A DNA stretch of 64,000 nucleotides from Bugula neritina (Eukaryota > Animalia > Bryozoa). Below are positions 27,391-41,200 of this stretch, piece by piece (positions within the stretch are counted from its first letter, which is position 1; each line of letters begins with the position of its first letter). The stretch lies in assembly GCA_964035545.1 (NCBI GenBank), contig OZ037766.1:18625081-18689080 (forward strand). Reading direction: 5' to 3'. A program made the position numbers and the translations under genes. Under the pieces are notes generated by a model. The model had not been told where the DNA came from and did not search any database. It worked only from the letters and a program-made list of their open reading frames with translations.

Positions 27391-30300
27391 TTTAGTGTCT
27401 TTCATTATGTTGCAGTATATTTCAGTATGTTGCAGTATTTTGCAATACATTTTATTATGTTACAGTGTATTTCAGTATGTTGCAGTATATTTCAGTTTGA
27501 TACAATAAATTTCAGTATGTTACAGTACATTTCCGTAAATTACACTATACTTCAGTGAGTTGTAGTATATTTCAGTATCTTGCAGTATATCTCAGTATGT
27601 TACAGTATATTTCAGTATGTTGCAGTATATTTCAGCGTGTTTGAGTATATTTCAGTATGACACAGTGCATTTCCAGATATTACGTTATATTTCAGTGAGT
27701 TTTAGTGTCTTTCAGTATGTTGCAGTATATTTCGGTATTTTGCAACATATTTCAATATGTTGCAATGTATTTCAATATGTTACAGTGTATTTCAGTATGT
27801 TGCAGTATGTTGCAATGTATTTCAGTATGTTACAGTGTAATTCAGTAGGTTTCAGTATCTTGCAGTATATTTCAGCATGTTGCAGTATATTTCAGGATGT
27901 TGCAGTATATTTCAGTATGTTACAGTGTTTTGCAGTATTTTGCAGTATATTTCAGTGTGTTAAAGTATATTTCATTATGTTGCAGTATGTTGCAGTATAT
28001 TTCAGTAGTTCGCAACATATTTCAGTAGGTTACCATATATTTCGGTATGTTGCAGCATATTTCAAGATGTTGCAGTGTATTTCAATATGTTACAGTGTAT
28101 TTCAGTATGTTGCAGTATGTTCCATTATGCTGCAGTGTATTTCTGTATGTTACAGTGTAATTCAGTATCATGCAGTATATCTCAGTATGTTACAGTATAT
28201 TTCAGTATGTTACAGTATGTTTCAGTGTGTTACACTATGTTGCAGTATATTTCAGTAGTTTGCAACATATTTCAGTAGGTTACCATACATTTCGGTATGT
28301 TGCAGCATATTTCAATGTGTTGCAGTGTATTTCAATATGTTACAGTGTATTTCAGTATGTTGCAGTATGTTGCAGTATGATGCAGCATGTTGCAGTGTAT
28401 TTCTGTATGTTACAGTGTAATTCGGAATGTTGCAGTATATTTCAGTATGTTACAGTATGTTTCAGTATGTTGCAGTATATTTCAGTGGGTTATAGTATAT
28501 TTCAGTATGATACAGCGTATTTCAGTATGTTACAGTGTATTTCAGTATGTTGCAGTATTTTGCAATATATTTCAGTATGTTACAGCGTATTTCAGTATGT
28601 TGCAGTATATTTCAGTATGTTACAATAAATTTCAGTATCTTACAGTACATTGCCGTAAATTACACTATACTTCAGTGAGTTGTAGTATATTTCAGTATCT
28701 TGCAGTATATCTCAGTATGTTACTGTATATTTCAGTATGTTACAGTATATTTCAGTGTGTTACAGTAAATTTCAGTATGTTACGGTGCATTTGCAGATAC
28801 TACACTATACTTTAGTGAGTTTTAGTGTCTTTCAGTATGTTGCAGTATATTTCAGTATGTTGCAGTATTTTGCAATATGTATCAGTATGTTACAGTGTAT
28901 TTCAGTATGTTGCGGTATATTTCAGTATGTTACAATAAATTTCAGTATGTTACAGTATATTTCCGTAAATTACTCTATACTTCAGTGAGTTGTAGTATAT
29001 TTCAGTATCTTGCAGTATATCTCAGTATGTTACAGTATATTTCAGTATGTTACAGTATATTTCAGTTTGTTACAGTAAATTTCAGTATGTTACAGTGCAT
29101 TTGCAGATATTACACTATACTTCAGTGAGTTTTAGTGTCTTTCAGTATGTTGCAGTATATTTCGGTATCTTGCAACTTATTTCAATGTGTTGCAATGTAA
29201 TTCAATATGTTACAGTGTATTTCAGTATGTTACAGTGTATTTCAGTATGTTGCAGCATTTTGCAATATATATCAGTATGTTACAGTGTATTTCAGTATGT
29301 TGCAGTATATTTCAGTATGTTACAATAAATTTCAGTATGTTACAGTATATTTCAGTAAATTACACTATACTTCAGTGAGTTGTAGTATATTTCAGTATCT
29401 TGCAGTATATCTCAGTATGTTACAGTATATTTCAGTATGTTACAGTATATTTCAGTTTGTTACAGTAAATTTCAGTATGTTACAGTGCATTTGCAGATAT
29501 TACACTATACTTCAGTGAGTTTTAGTGTCTTTCATTATGTTGCAGTATATTTCAGTATGTTGCAGTATTTTGCAATACATTTTATTATGTTACAGTGTAT
29601 TTCAGTATGTTGCAGTATATTTCAGTTTGATACAATAAATTTCAGTATGTTACAGTACATTTCCGTAAATTACACTATACTTCAGTGAGTTGTAGTATAT
29701 TTCAGTATCTTGCAGTATATCTCAGTATGTTACAGTATATTTCAGTATGTTGCAGTATATTTCAGCGTGTTTGAGTATATTTCAGTATGACACAGTGCAT
29801 TTCCAGATATTACGTTATATTTCAGTGAGTTTTAGTCTCTTTCAGTATGTTGCAGTATATTTCGGTATTTTGCAACATATTTCAATATGTTGCAATGTAT
29901 TTCAATATGTTACAGTGTATTTCAGTATGTTGCAGTATGTTGCAATGTATTTCAGTATGTTACAGTGTAATTCAGTAGGTTTCAGTATCTTGCAGTATAT
30001 TTCAGCATGTTGCAGTATATTTCAGGATGTTGCAGTATATTTCAGTATGTTACAGTGTTTTGCAGTATTTTGCAGTATATTTCAGTGTGTTAAAGTATAT
30101 TTCATTATGTTGCAGTATGTTGCAGTATATTTCAGTAGTTCGCAACATATTTCAGTAGGTTACCATATATTTCGGTATGTTGCAGCATATTTCAAGATGT
30201 TGCAGTGTATTTCAATATGTTACAGTGTATTTCAGTATGTTGCAGTATGTTCCATTATGCTGCAGTGTATTTCTGTATGTTACAGTGTAATTCAGTATCA

Positions 30301-30510
30301 TGCAGTATATCTCAGTATGTTACAGTATATTTCAGTATGTTACAGTATGTTTCAGTGTGTTACACTATGTTGCAGTATATTTCAGTAGTTTGCAACATAT
30401 TTCAGTAGGTTACCATACATTTCGGTATGTTGCAGCATATTTCAATGTGTTGCAGTGTATTTCAATATGTTACAGTGTATTTCAGTATGTTGCAGTATGT
30501 TGCAGTATGA
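26160..30510. repeat. Higher-order tandem duplication, period 2130 bp
   Basis: ORF pairs 26257/28387, 27617/29747, 28075/30205. Markers tacgttatat 27681/29811, cgcaacatat 28011/30141, taccatacat 28281/30411. Boundaries are approximate. Confidence 0.85.
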
Positions 30511-32359
30511 TGCAACATGTTGCAGTGTATTTCTTTATGTTACAGTGTAATTCGGAATGTTGCAGTATATTTCAGTATGTTACAGTATGTTCCAGTATGT
30601 TGCAGTATATTTCAGTGGGTTATAGTATATTTCAGTATGATACAGCGTATTTCAGTATGTTACAGTGTATTTCAGTATGTTGCAGTATTTTGCAATATAT
30701 TTCAGTATGTTACAGCGTATTTCAGTATGTTGCAGTATATTTCAGTATGTTACAATAAATTTCAGTATGTTACAGTACATTGCCGTAAATTACACTATAC
30801 TTCAGTGAGTTGTAGTATATTTCAGTATCTTGCAGTATATCTCAGTATGTTACTGTATATTTCAGTATGTTACAGTATATTTCAGTGTGTTACAGTAAAT
30901 TTCAGTATGTTACAGTGCATTTGCAGATATTACACTATACTTTAGTGAGTTTTAGTGTCTTTCAGTATGTTGCAGTATATTTCGGTATCTTGCAACTTAT
31001 TTCAATGTGTTGCAATGTAATTCAATATGTTACAGTGTATTTCAGTATGTTACAGTGTATTTCAGTATGTTGCAGTATTTTGCAATATATATCAGTATGT
31101 TACAGTGTATTTCAGTATGTTGCAGTATATTTCAGTATGTTACAATAAATTTCAGTATGTTACAGTATATTTCCGTAAATTACACTATACTTCAGTGAGT
31201 TGTAGTATATTTCAGTATCTTGCAGTATATCTCAGTATGTTACAGTATATTTCAGTATGTTACAGTATATTTTAGTTTGTTACAGTAAATTTCAGTATGT
31301 TACAGTGCATTTGCAGATATTACACTATACTTCAGTGAGTTTTAGTGTCTTTCATTATGTTGCAGTATATTTCAGTATGTTGCAGTATTTTGCAATACAT
31401 TTTATTATGTTACAGTGTATTTCAGTATGTTGCAGTATATTTCAGTTTGATACAATAAATTTCAGTATGTTACAGTACATTTCCGTAAATTACACTATAC
31501 TTCAGTGAGTTGTAGTATATTTCAGTATCTTGCAGTATATCTCAGAATGTTACAGTATATTTCAGTATGTTGCAGTATATTTCAGCGTGTTTGAGTATAT
31601 TTCAGTATGACACAGTGCATTTCCAGATATTACGCTATACTTCAGTGAGTTTTAGTGTCTTTCAGTATGTTGCAGTATATTTCGGTATTTTGCAACATAT
31701 TTCAATATGTTGCAATGTATTTCAATATGTTACAGTGTATTTCAGTATGTTGCAGTATGTTGCAATGTATTTCAGTATGTTACAGTGTAATTCAGTAGGT
31801 TTCAGTATCTTGCAGTATATTTCAGCATGTTGCAGTATATTTCAGGATGTTGCAGTATATTTCAGTATGTTACAGTGTTTTGCAGTATTTTGCAGTATAT
31901 TTCAGTGTGTTAAAGTATATTTCATTATGTTGCAGTATGTTGCAGTATATTTCAGTAGTTCGCAACATATTTCAGTAGGTTACCATATATTTCGGTATGT
32001 TGCAGCATATTTCAAGATGTTGCAGTGTATTTCAATATGTTACAGTGTATTTCAGTATGTTGCAGTATGTTCCATTATGCTGCAGTGTATTTCTGTATGT
32101 TACAGTGTAATTCAGTATCATGCAGTATATCTCAGTATGTTACAGTATATTTCAGTATGTTACAGTATGTTTCAGTGTGTTACACTATGTTGCAGTATAT
32201 TTCAGTAGTTTGCAACATATTTCAGTAGGTTACCATATATTTCGGTATGTTGCAGCATATTTCAATGTGTTGCAGTGTATTTCAATATGTTACAGTGTAT
32301 TTCAGTATGTTGCAGTATGTTGCAGTATGATGCAACATGTTGCAGTGTATTTCTTTATG

Positions 32360-35300
32360 TTACAGTGTAATTCGGAATGTTGCAGTATATTTCAGTATGT
32401 TACAGTATGTTTCAGTATGTTGCAGTATATTTCAGTGGGTTATAGTATATTTCAGTATGATACAGTGTATTTCAGTATGTTACAGTGTATTTCAGTATGT
32501 TGCAGTATTTTGCAATATATATCAGTATGTTACAGTGTATTTCAGTATGTTGCAGTATATTTCAGTATGTTACAATAAATTTCAGTATGTTACAGTATAT
32601 TTCCGAAAATTACACTATACTTCAGTGAGTTGTAGTATATTTCAGTATCTTGCAGTATATCTCAGTATGTTACAGTATATTTCAGTATGTTACAGTATAT
32701 TTCAGTTTGTTACAGTAAATTTCAGTATGTTACAGTGCATTTGCAGATATTACACTATACTTCAGTGAGTTTTAGTGTCTTTCATTATGTTGCAGTATAT
32801 TTCAGTATGTTGCAGTATTTTGCAATACATTTTATTATGTTACAGTGTATTTCAGTATGTTGCAGTATATTTCAGTTTGATACAATAAATTTCAGTATGT
32901 TACAGTACATTTCCGTAAATTACACTATACTTCAGTGAGTTGTAGTATATTTCAGTATCTTGCAGTATATCTCAGTATGTTACAGTATATTTCAGTATGT
33001 TGCAGTATATTTCAGCGTGTTTGAGTATATTTCAGTATGACACAGTGCATTTCCAGATATTACGCTATACTTCAGTGAGTTTTAGTCTCTTTCAGTAGGT
33101 TGCAGTATATTTCGGTATTTTGCAACATATTTCAATATGTTGCAATGTATTTCAATATGTTACAGTGTATTTCAGTATGTTGCAGTATGTTGCAATGTAT
33201 TTCAGTATGTTACAGTGTATTTCAGTAGGTTTGAGTATCTTGCAGTATATTTCAGCATGTTGCAGTATATTTCAGGATGTTGCAGTATATTTCAGTATAT
33301 TACAGTGTTTTGCAGTATTTTGCAGTATATTTCAGTGTGTTACAGTATATTTCATTATGTTGCAGTATGTTGCAGTATATTTCAGTAGTTTGCAACATAT
33401 TTCAGTAGGTTACCATATATTTCGGTATGTTGCAGCATATTTCAATGTGTTGCAGTGTATTTCAATATGTTACAGTGTATTTCAGTATGTTGCTGTATGT
33501 TGCAGTGTATTTCTGTATGTTACGGTGTAGTTCAGTATGTTGCAGTATATTTCAGTATGTTACAGTATGTTTCAGTATGTTGCAGTGTATTTCCGTGGGT
33601 TATAGTATATTCAAGTATGATACAGCATATTTCAGTATGTTACAGTGTATTTCAGTATGTTGCAGTATTTTGCAACGCATTTCAGTATGTTACAGTGTAT
33701 TTCAGTATGTTGCAGTATATTTCAGTATGTTACAATAAATTTCAGTATATTACAGTACATTTCCGTAAATTACGCTATACTTCAGTGAGTTGTAGTATAT
33801 TTCAGTATCATGCAGTATATCTCAGTATGTTACAGTATATTTCAGTATGTTACAGTATGTTTCAGTGTGTTACAGTATGTTGCAGTATATTTCAGTAGTT
33901 TGCAACATATTTCAGTAGGTCACCATATATTTCGGTATGTTGCAGCATATTTCAATGTGTTGCAGTGTATTTCAATATGTTACAGTGTATTTCAGTATGT
34001 TGCAGTATGTTGCAGTATGATGCAGCATGTTGCAGTGTATTTCTTTATGTTACAGTGTAATTCGGAATGTTGCAGTATATTTCAGTATGTTACAGTATGT
34101 TTCAGTATGTTGCAGTATATTTCAGTGGGTTATAGTATATTTCAGTATGATACAGCGTATTTCAGTATGTTACAGTGTATTTCAGTATGTTGCAGTATTT
34201 TGCAATATATTTCAGTATGTTACAGCGTATTTCAGTATGTTGCAGTATATTTCAGTATGTTACAATAAATTTCAGTATGTTACAGTACATTGCCGTAAAT
34301 GACACTATACTTCAGTGAGTTGTAGTATATTTCAGTATCTTGCAGTATATCTCAGTATGTTACTGTATATTTCAGTATGTTACAGTATATTTTAGTTTGT
34401 TACAGTAAATTTCAGTATGTTACAGTGCATTTGCAGATATTACACTATACTTCAGTGAGTTTTAGTGTCTTTCATTATGTTGCAGTATATTTCAGTATGT
34501 TGCAGTATTTTGCAATACATTTTATTATGTTACAGTGTATTTCAGTATGTTGCAGTATATTTCAGTTTGATACAATAAATTTCAGTATGTTACAGTACAT
34601 TTCCGTAAATTACACTATACTTCAGTGAGTTGTGGTATATTTCAGTATCTTGCAGTATATCTCAGTATGTTACAGTATATTTCAGTATGTTGCAGTATAT
34701 TTCAGCGTGTTTGAGTATATTTCAGTATGACACAGTGCATTTCCAGATGTTACGCTATACTTCAGTGAGTTTTAGTGTCTTTCAGTATGTTGCAGTATAT
34801 TTCGGTATTTTGCAACATATTTCAATATGTTGCAATGTATTTCAATATGTTACAGTGTATTTCAGTATGTTGCAGTATGTTGCAATGTATTTCAGTATGT
34901 TACAGTGTATTTCAGTAGGTTTCAGTATCTTGCAGTATATTTCAGCATGTTGCAGTATATCTCAGGATGTTGCAGTATATTTCAGTATGTTACAGTGTTT
35001 TGCAGTATTTTGCAGTATATTTCAGTGTGTTACAGTATATTTCATTATGTTGCAGTATGTTGCAGTATATTTCAGTAGTTTGCAACATATTTCAGTAGGT
35101 TACCATATATTTCGGTATGTTGCAGCATATTTCAATGTGTTGCAGTGTATTTCAATATGTTACAGTGTATTTCAGTATGTTGCAGTATGTTGCAGTATGA
35201 TGCAGCATGTTGCAGTGTATTTCTGTATGTTACAGTGTAATTCGGAATGTTGCAGTATATTTCAGTATGTTACAGTATGTTTCAGTATGTTGCAGTATAT

Positions 35301-38200
35301 TTCAGTGGGTTATAGTATATTTCAGTATGATACAGTGTATTTCAGTATGTTACAGTGTATTTCAGTATGTTGCAGTATTTTGCAATATATATCAGTATGT
35401 TACAGTGTATTTCAGTATGTTGCAGTATATTTCAGTATGTTACAATAAATTTCAGTATGTTACAGTATATTTCCGTAAATTACACTATACTTCAGTGAGT
35501 TGTAGTATATTTCAGTATCTTGCAGTATATCTCAGTATGTTACAGTATATTTCAGTATGTTACAGTATATTTCAGTTTGTTACAGTAAATTTCAGTATGT
35601 TACAGTGCATTTGCAGATATTACACTATACTTCAGTGAGTTTTAGTGTCTTTCATTATGTTGCAGTATATTTCAGTATGTTGCAGTATTTTGCAATACAT
35701 TTTATTATGTTACAGTGTATTTCAGTATGTTGCAGTATATTTCAGTTTGATACAATAAATTTCAGTATGTTACAGTACATTTCCGTAAATTACACTATAC
35801 TTCAGTGAGTTGTAGTATATTTCAGTATCTTGCAGTATATCTCAGTATGTTACAGTATATTTCAGTATGTTGCAGTATATTTCAGCGTGTTTGAGTATAC
35901 TTCAGTATGACACAGTGCATTTCCAGATATTACGCTATACTTCAGTGAGTTTTAGTCTCTTTCAGTAGGTTGCAGTATATTTCGGTATTTTGCAACATAT
36001 TTCAATATGTTGCAATGTATTTCAATATGTTACAGTGTATTTCAGTATGTTGCAGTATGTTGCAATGTATTTCAGTATGTTACAGTGTATTTCAGTAGGT
36101 TTCAGTATCTTGCAGTATATTTCAGCATGTTGCAGTATATTTCAGGATGTTGCAGTATATTTCAGTATATTACAGTGTTTTGCAGTATTTTGCAGTATAT
36201 TTCAGTGTGTTACAGTATATTTCATTATGTTGCAGTATGTTGCAGTATATTTCAGTAGTTTGCAACATATTTCAGTAGGTTACCATATATTTCGGTATGT
36301 TGCAGCATATTTCAATGTGTTGCAGTGTATTTCAATATGTTACAGTGTATTTCAGTATGTTGCTGTATGTTGCAGTGTATTTCTGTATGTTACGGTGTAG
36401 TTCAGTATGTTGCAGTATATTTCAGTATGTTACAGTATGTTTCAGTATGTTGCAGTGTATTTCCGTGGGTTATAGTATATTCAAGTATGATACAGCATAT
36501 TTCAGTATGTTACAGTGTATTTCAGTATGTTGCAGTATTTTGCAACGCATTTCAGTATGTTACAGTGTATTTCAGTATGTTGCAGTATATTTCAGTATGT
36601 TACAATAAATTTCAGTATATTACAGTACATTTCCGTAAATTACGCTATACTTCAGTGAGTTGTAGTATATTTCAGTATCATGCAGTATATCTCAGTATGT
36701 TACAGTATATTTCAGTATGTTACAGTATGTTTCAGTGTGTTACAGTATGTTGCAGTATATTTCAGTAGTTTGCAACATATTTCAGTAGGTCACCATATAT
36801 TTCGGTATGTTGCAGCATATTTCAATGTGTTGCAGTGTATTTCAATATGTTACAGTGTATTTCAGTATGTTGCAGTATGTTGCAGTATGATGCAGCATGT
36901 TGCAGTGTATTTCTTTATGTTACAGTGTAATTCGGAATGTTGCAGTATATTTCAGTATGTTACAGTATGTTTCAGTATGTTGCAGTATATTTCAGTGGGT
37001 TATAGTATATTTCAGTATGATACAGCGTATTTCAGTATGTTACAGTGTATTTCAGTATGTTGCAGTATTTTGCAATATATTTCAGTATGTTACAGCGTAT
37101 TTCAGTATGTTGCAGTATATTTCAGTATGTTACAATAAATTTCAGTATGTTACAGTACATTGCCGTAAATGACACTATACTTCAGTGAGTTGTAGTATAT
37201 TTCAGTATCTTGCAGTATATCTCAGTATGTTACTGTATATTTCAGTATGTTACAGTATATTTTAGTTTGTTACAGTAAATTTCAGTATGTTACAGTGCAT
37301 TTGCAGATATTACACTATACTTCAGTGAGTTTTAGTGTCTTTCATTATGTTGCAGTATATTTCAGTATGTTGCAGTATTTTGCAATACATTTTATTATGT
37401 TACAGTGTATTTCAGTATGTTGCAGTATATTTCAGTTTGATACAATAAATTTCAGTATGTTACAGTACATTTCCGTAAATTACACTATACTTCAGTGAGT
37501 TGTGGTATATTTCAGTATCTTGCAGTATATCTCAGTATGTTACAGTATATTTCAGTATGTTGCAGTATATTTCAGCGTGTTTGAGTATATTTCAGTATGA
37601 CACAGTGCATTTCCAGATGTTACGCTATACTTCAGTGAGTTTTAGTGTCTTTCAGTATGTTGCAGTATATTTCGGTATTTTGCAACATATTTCAATATGT
37701 TGCAATGTATTTCAATATGTTACAGTGTATTTCAGTATGTTGCAGTATGTTGCAATGTATTTCAGTATGTTACAGTGTATTTCAGTAGGTTTCAGTATCT
37801 TGCAGTATATTTCAGCATGTTGCAGTATATCTCAGGATGTTGCAGTATATTTCAGTATGTTACAGTGTTTTGCAGTATTTTGCAGTATATTTCAGTGTGT
37901 TACAGTATATTTCATTATGTTGCAGTATGTTGCAGTATATTTCAGTAGTTTGCAACATATTTCAGTAGGTTACCATATATTTCGGTATGTTGCAGCATAT
38001 TTCAATGTGTTGCAGTGTATTTCAATATGTTACAGTGTATTTCAGTATGTTGCAGTATGTTGCAGTATGATGCAGCATGTTGCAGTGTATTTCTGTATGT
38101 TACAGTGTAATTCGGAATGTTGCAGTATATTTCAGTATGTTACAGTATGTTTCAGTATGTTGCAGTATATTTCAGTGGGTTATAGTATATTTCAGTATGA
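32360..38200. repeat. Higher-order tandem duplication, period 2870 bp
   Basis: ORF pairs 32687/35557, 33120/35990, 34630/37500. Marker tgtggtatat 34631/37501. Boundaries are approximate. Confidence 0.85.
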
Positions 38201-41200
38201 TACAGCGTATTTCAGTATGTTACAGTGTATTTCAGTATGTTGCAGTATTTTGCAATATATTTCAGTATGTTACAGCGTATTTCAGTATGTTGCAGTATAT
38301 TTCAGTATGTTACAATAAATTTCAGTATCTTACAGTACATTGCCGTAAATTACACTATACTTCAGTGAGTTGTAGTATATTTCAGTATCTTGCAGTATAT
38401 CTCAGTATGTTACTGTATATTTCAGTATGTTACAGTATATTTCAGTGTGTTACAGTAAATTTCAGTATGTTACGGTGCATTTGCAGATACTACACTATAC
38501 TTTAGTGAGTTTTAGTGTCTTTCAGTATGTTGCAGTATATTTCAGTATGTTGCAGTATTTTGCAATATGTATCAGTATGTTACAGTGTATTTCAGTATGT
38601 TGCGGTATATTTCAGTATGTTACAATAAATTTCAGTATGTTACAGTATATTTCCGTAAATTACTCTATACTTCAGTGAGTTGTAGTATATTTCAGTATCT
38701 TGCAGTATATCTCAGTATGTTACAGTATATTTCAGTATGTTACAGTATATTTCAGTTTGTTACAGTAAATTTCAGTATGTTACAGTGCATTTGCAGATAT
38801 TACACTATACTTCAGTGAGTTTTAGTGTCTTTCAGTATGTTGCAGTATATTTCGGTATCTTGCAACTTATTTCAATGTGTTGCAATGTAATTCAATATGT
38901 TACAGTGTATTTCAGTATGTTACAGTGTATTTCAGTATGTTGCAGCATTTTGCAATATATATCAGTATGTTACAGTGTATTTCAGTATGTTGCAGTATAT
39001 TTCAGTATGTTACAATAAATTTCAGTATGTTACAGTATATTTCAGTAAATTACACTATACTTCAGTGAGTTGTAGTATATTTCAGTATCTTGCAGTATAT
39101 CTCAGTATGTTACAGTATATTTCAGTATGTTACAGTATATTTCAGTTTGTTACAGTAAATTTCAGTATGTTACAGTGCATTTGCAGATATTACACTATAC
39201 TTCAGTGAGTTTTAGTGTCTTTCATTATGTTGCAGTATATTTCAGTATGTTGCAGTATTTTGCAATACATTTTATTATGTTACAGTGTATTTCAGTATGT
39301 TGCAGTATATTTCAGTTTGATACAATAAATTTCAGTATGTTACAGTACATTTCCGTAAATTACACTATACTTCAGTGAGTTGTAGTATATTTCAGTATCT
39401 TGCAGTATATCTCAGTATGTTACAGTATATTTCAGTATGTTGCAGTATATTTCAGCGTGTTTGAGTATATTTCAGTATGACACAGTGCATTTCCAGATAT
39501 TACGCTATATTTCAGTGAGTTTTAGTCTCTTTCAGTATGTTGCAGTATATTTCGGTATTTTGCAACATATTTCAATATGTTGCAATGTATTTCAATATGT
39601 TACAGTGTATTTCAGTATGTTGCAGTATGGTGCAATGTATTTCAGTATGTTACAGTGTAATTCAGTAGGTTTCAGTATCTTGCAGTATATTTCAGCATGT
39701 TGCAGTATATTTCAGGATGTTGCAGTATATTTCAGTATGTTACAGTGTTTTGCAGTATTTTGCAGTATATTTCAGTGTGTTAAAGTATATTTCATTATGT
39801 TGCAGTATGTTGCAGTATATTTCAGTAGTTCGCAACATATTTCAGTAGGTTACCATATATTTCGGTATGTTGCAGCATATTTCAAGATGTTGCAGTGTAT
39901 TTCAATATGTTACAGTGTATTTCAGTATGTTGCAGTATGTTCCATTATGCTGCAGTGTATTTCTGTATGTTACAGTGTAATTCAGTATCATGCAGTATAT
40001 CTCAGTATGTTACAGTATATTTCAGTATGTTACAGTATGTTTCAGTGTGTTACACTATGTTGCAGTATATTTCAGTAGTTTGCAACATATTTCAGTAGGT
40101 TACCATATATTTCGGTATGTTGCAGCATATTTCAATGTGTTGCAGTGTATTTCAATATGTTACAGTGTATTTCAGTATGTTGCAGTATGTTGCAGTATGA
40201 TGCAACATGTTGCAGTGTATTTCTTTATGTTACAGTGTAATTCGGAATGTTGCAGTATATTTCAGTATGTTACAGTATGTTTCAGTATGTTGCAGTATAT
40301 TTCAGTGGGTTATAGTATATTTCAGTATGATACAGCGTATTTCAGTATGTTACAGTGTATTTCAGTATGTTGCAGTATTTTGCAATATATTTCAGTATGT
40401 TACAGCGTATTTCAGTATGTTGCAGTATATTTCAGTATGTTACAATAAATTTCAGTATGTTACAGTACATTGCCGTAAATTACACTATACTTCAGTGAGT
40501 TGTAGTATATTTCAGTATCTTGCAGTATATCTCAGTATGTTACTGTATATTTCAGTATGTTACAGTATATTTCAGTGTGTTACAGTAAATTTCAGTATGT
40601 TACAGTGCATTTGCAGATATTACACTATACTTTAGTGAGTTTTAGTGTCTTTCAGTATGTTGCAGTATATTTCGGTATCTTGCAACTTATTTCAATGTGT
40701 TGCAATGTAATTCAATATGTTACAGTGTATTTCAGTATGTTACAGTGTATTTCAGTATGTTGCAGTATTTTGCAATATATATCAGTATGTTACAGTGTAT
40801 TTCAGTATGTTGCAGTATATTTCAGTATGTTACAATAAATTTCAGTATGTTACAGTATATTTCCGTAAATTACACTATACTTCAGTGAGTTGTAGTATAT
40901 TTCAGTATCTTGCAGTATATCTCAGTATGTTACAGTATATTTCAGTATGTTACAGTATATTTTAGTTTGTTACAGTAAATTTCAGTATGTTACAGTGCAT
41001 TTGCAGATATTACACTATACTTCAGTGAGTTTTAGTGTCTTTCATTATGTTGCAGTATATTTCAGTATGTTGCAGTATTTTGCAATACATTTTATTATGT
41101 TACAGTGTATTTCAGTATGTTGCAGTATATTTCAGTTTGATACAATAAATTTCAGTATGTTACAGTACATTTCCGTAAATTACACTATACTTCAGTGAGT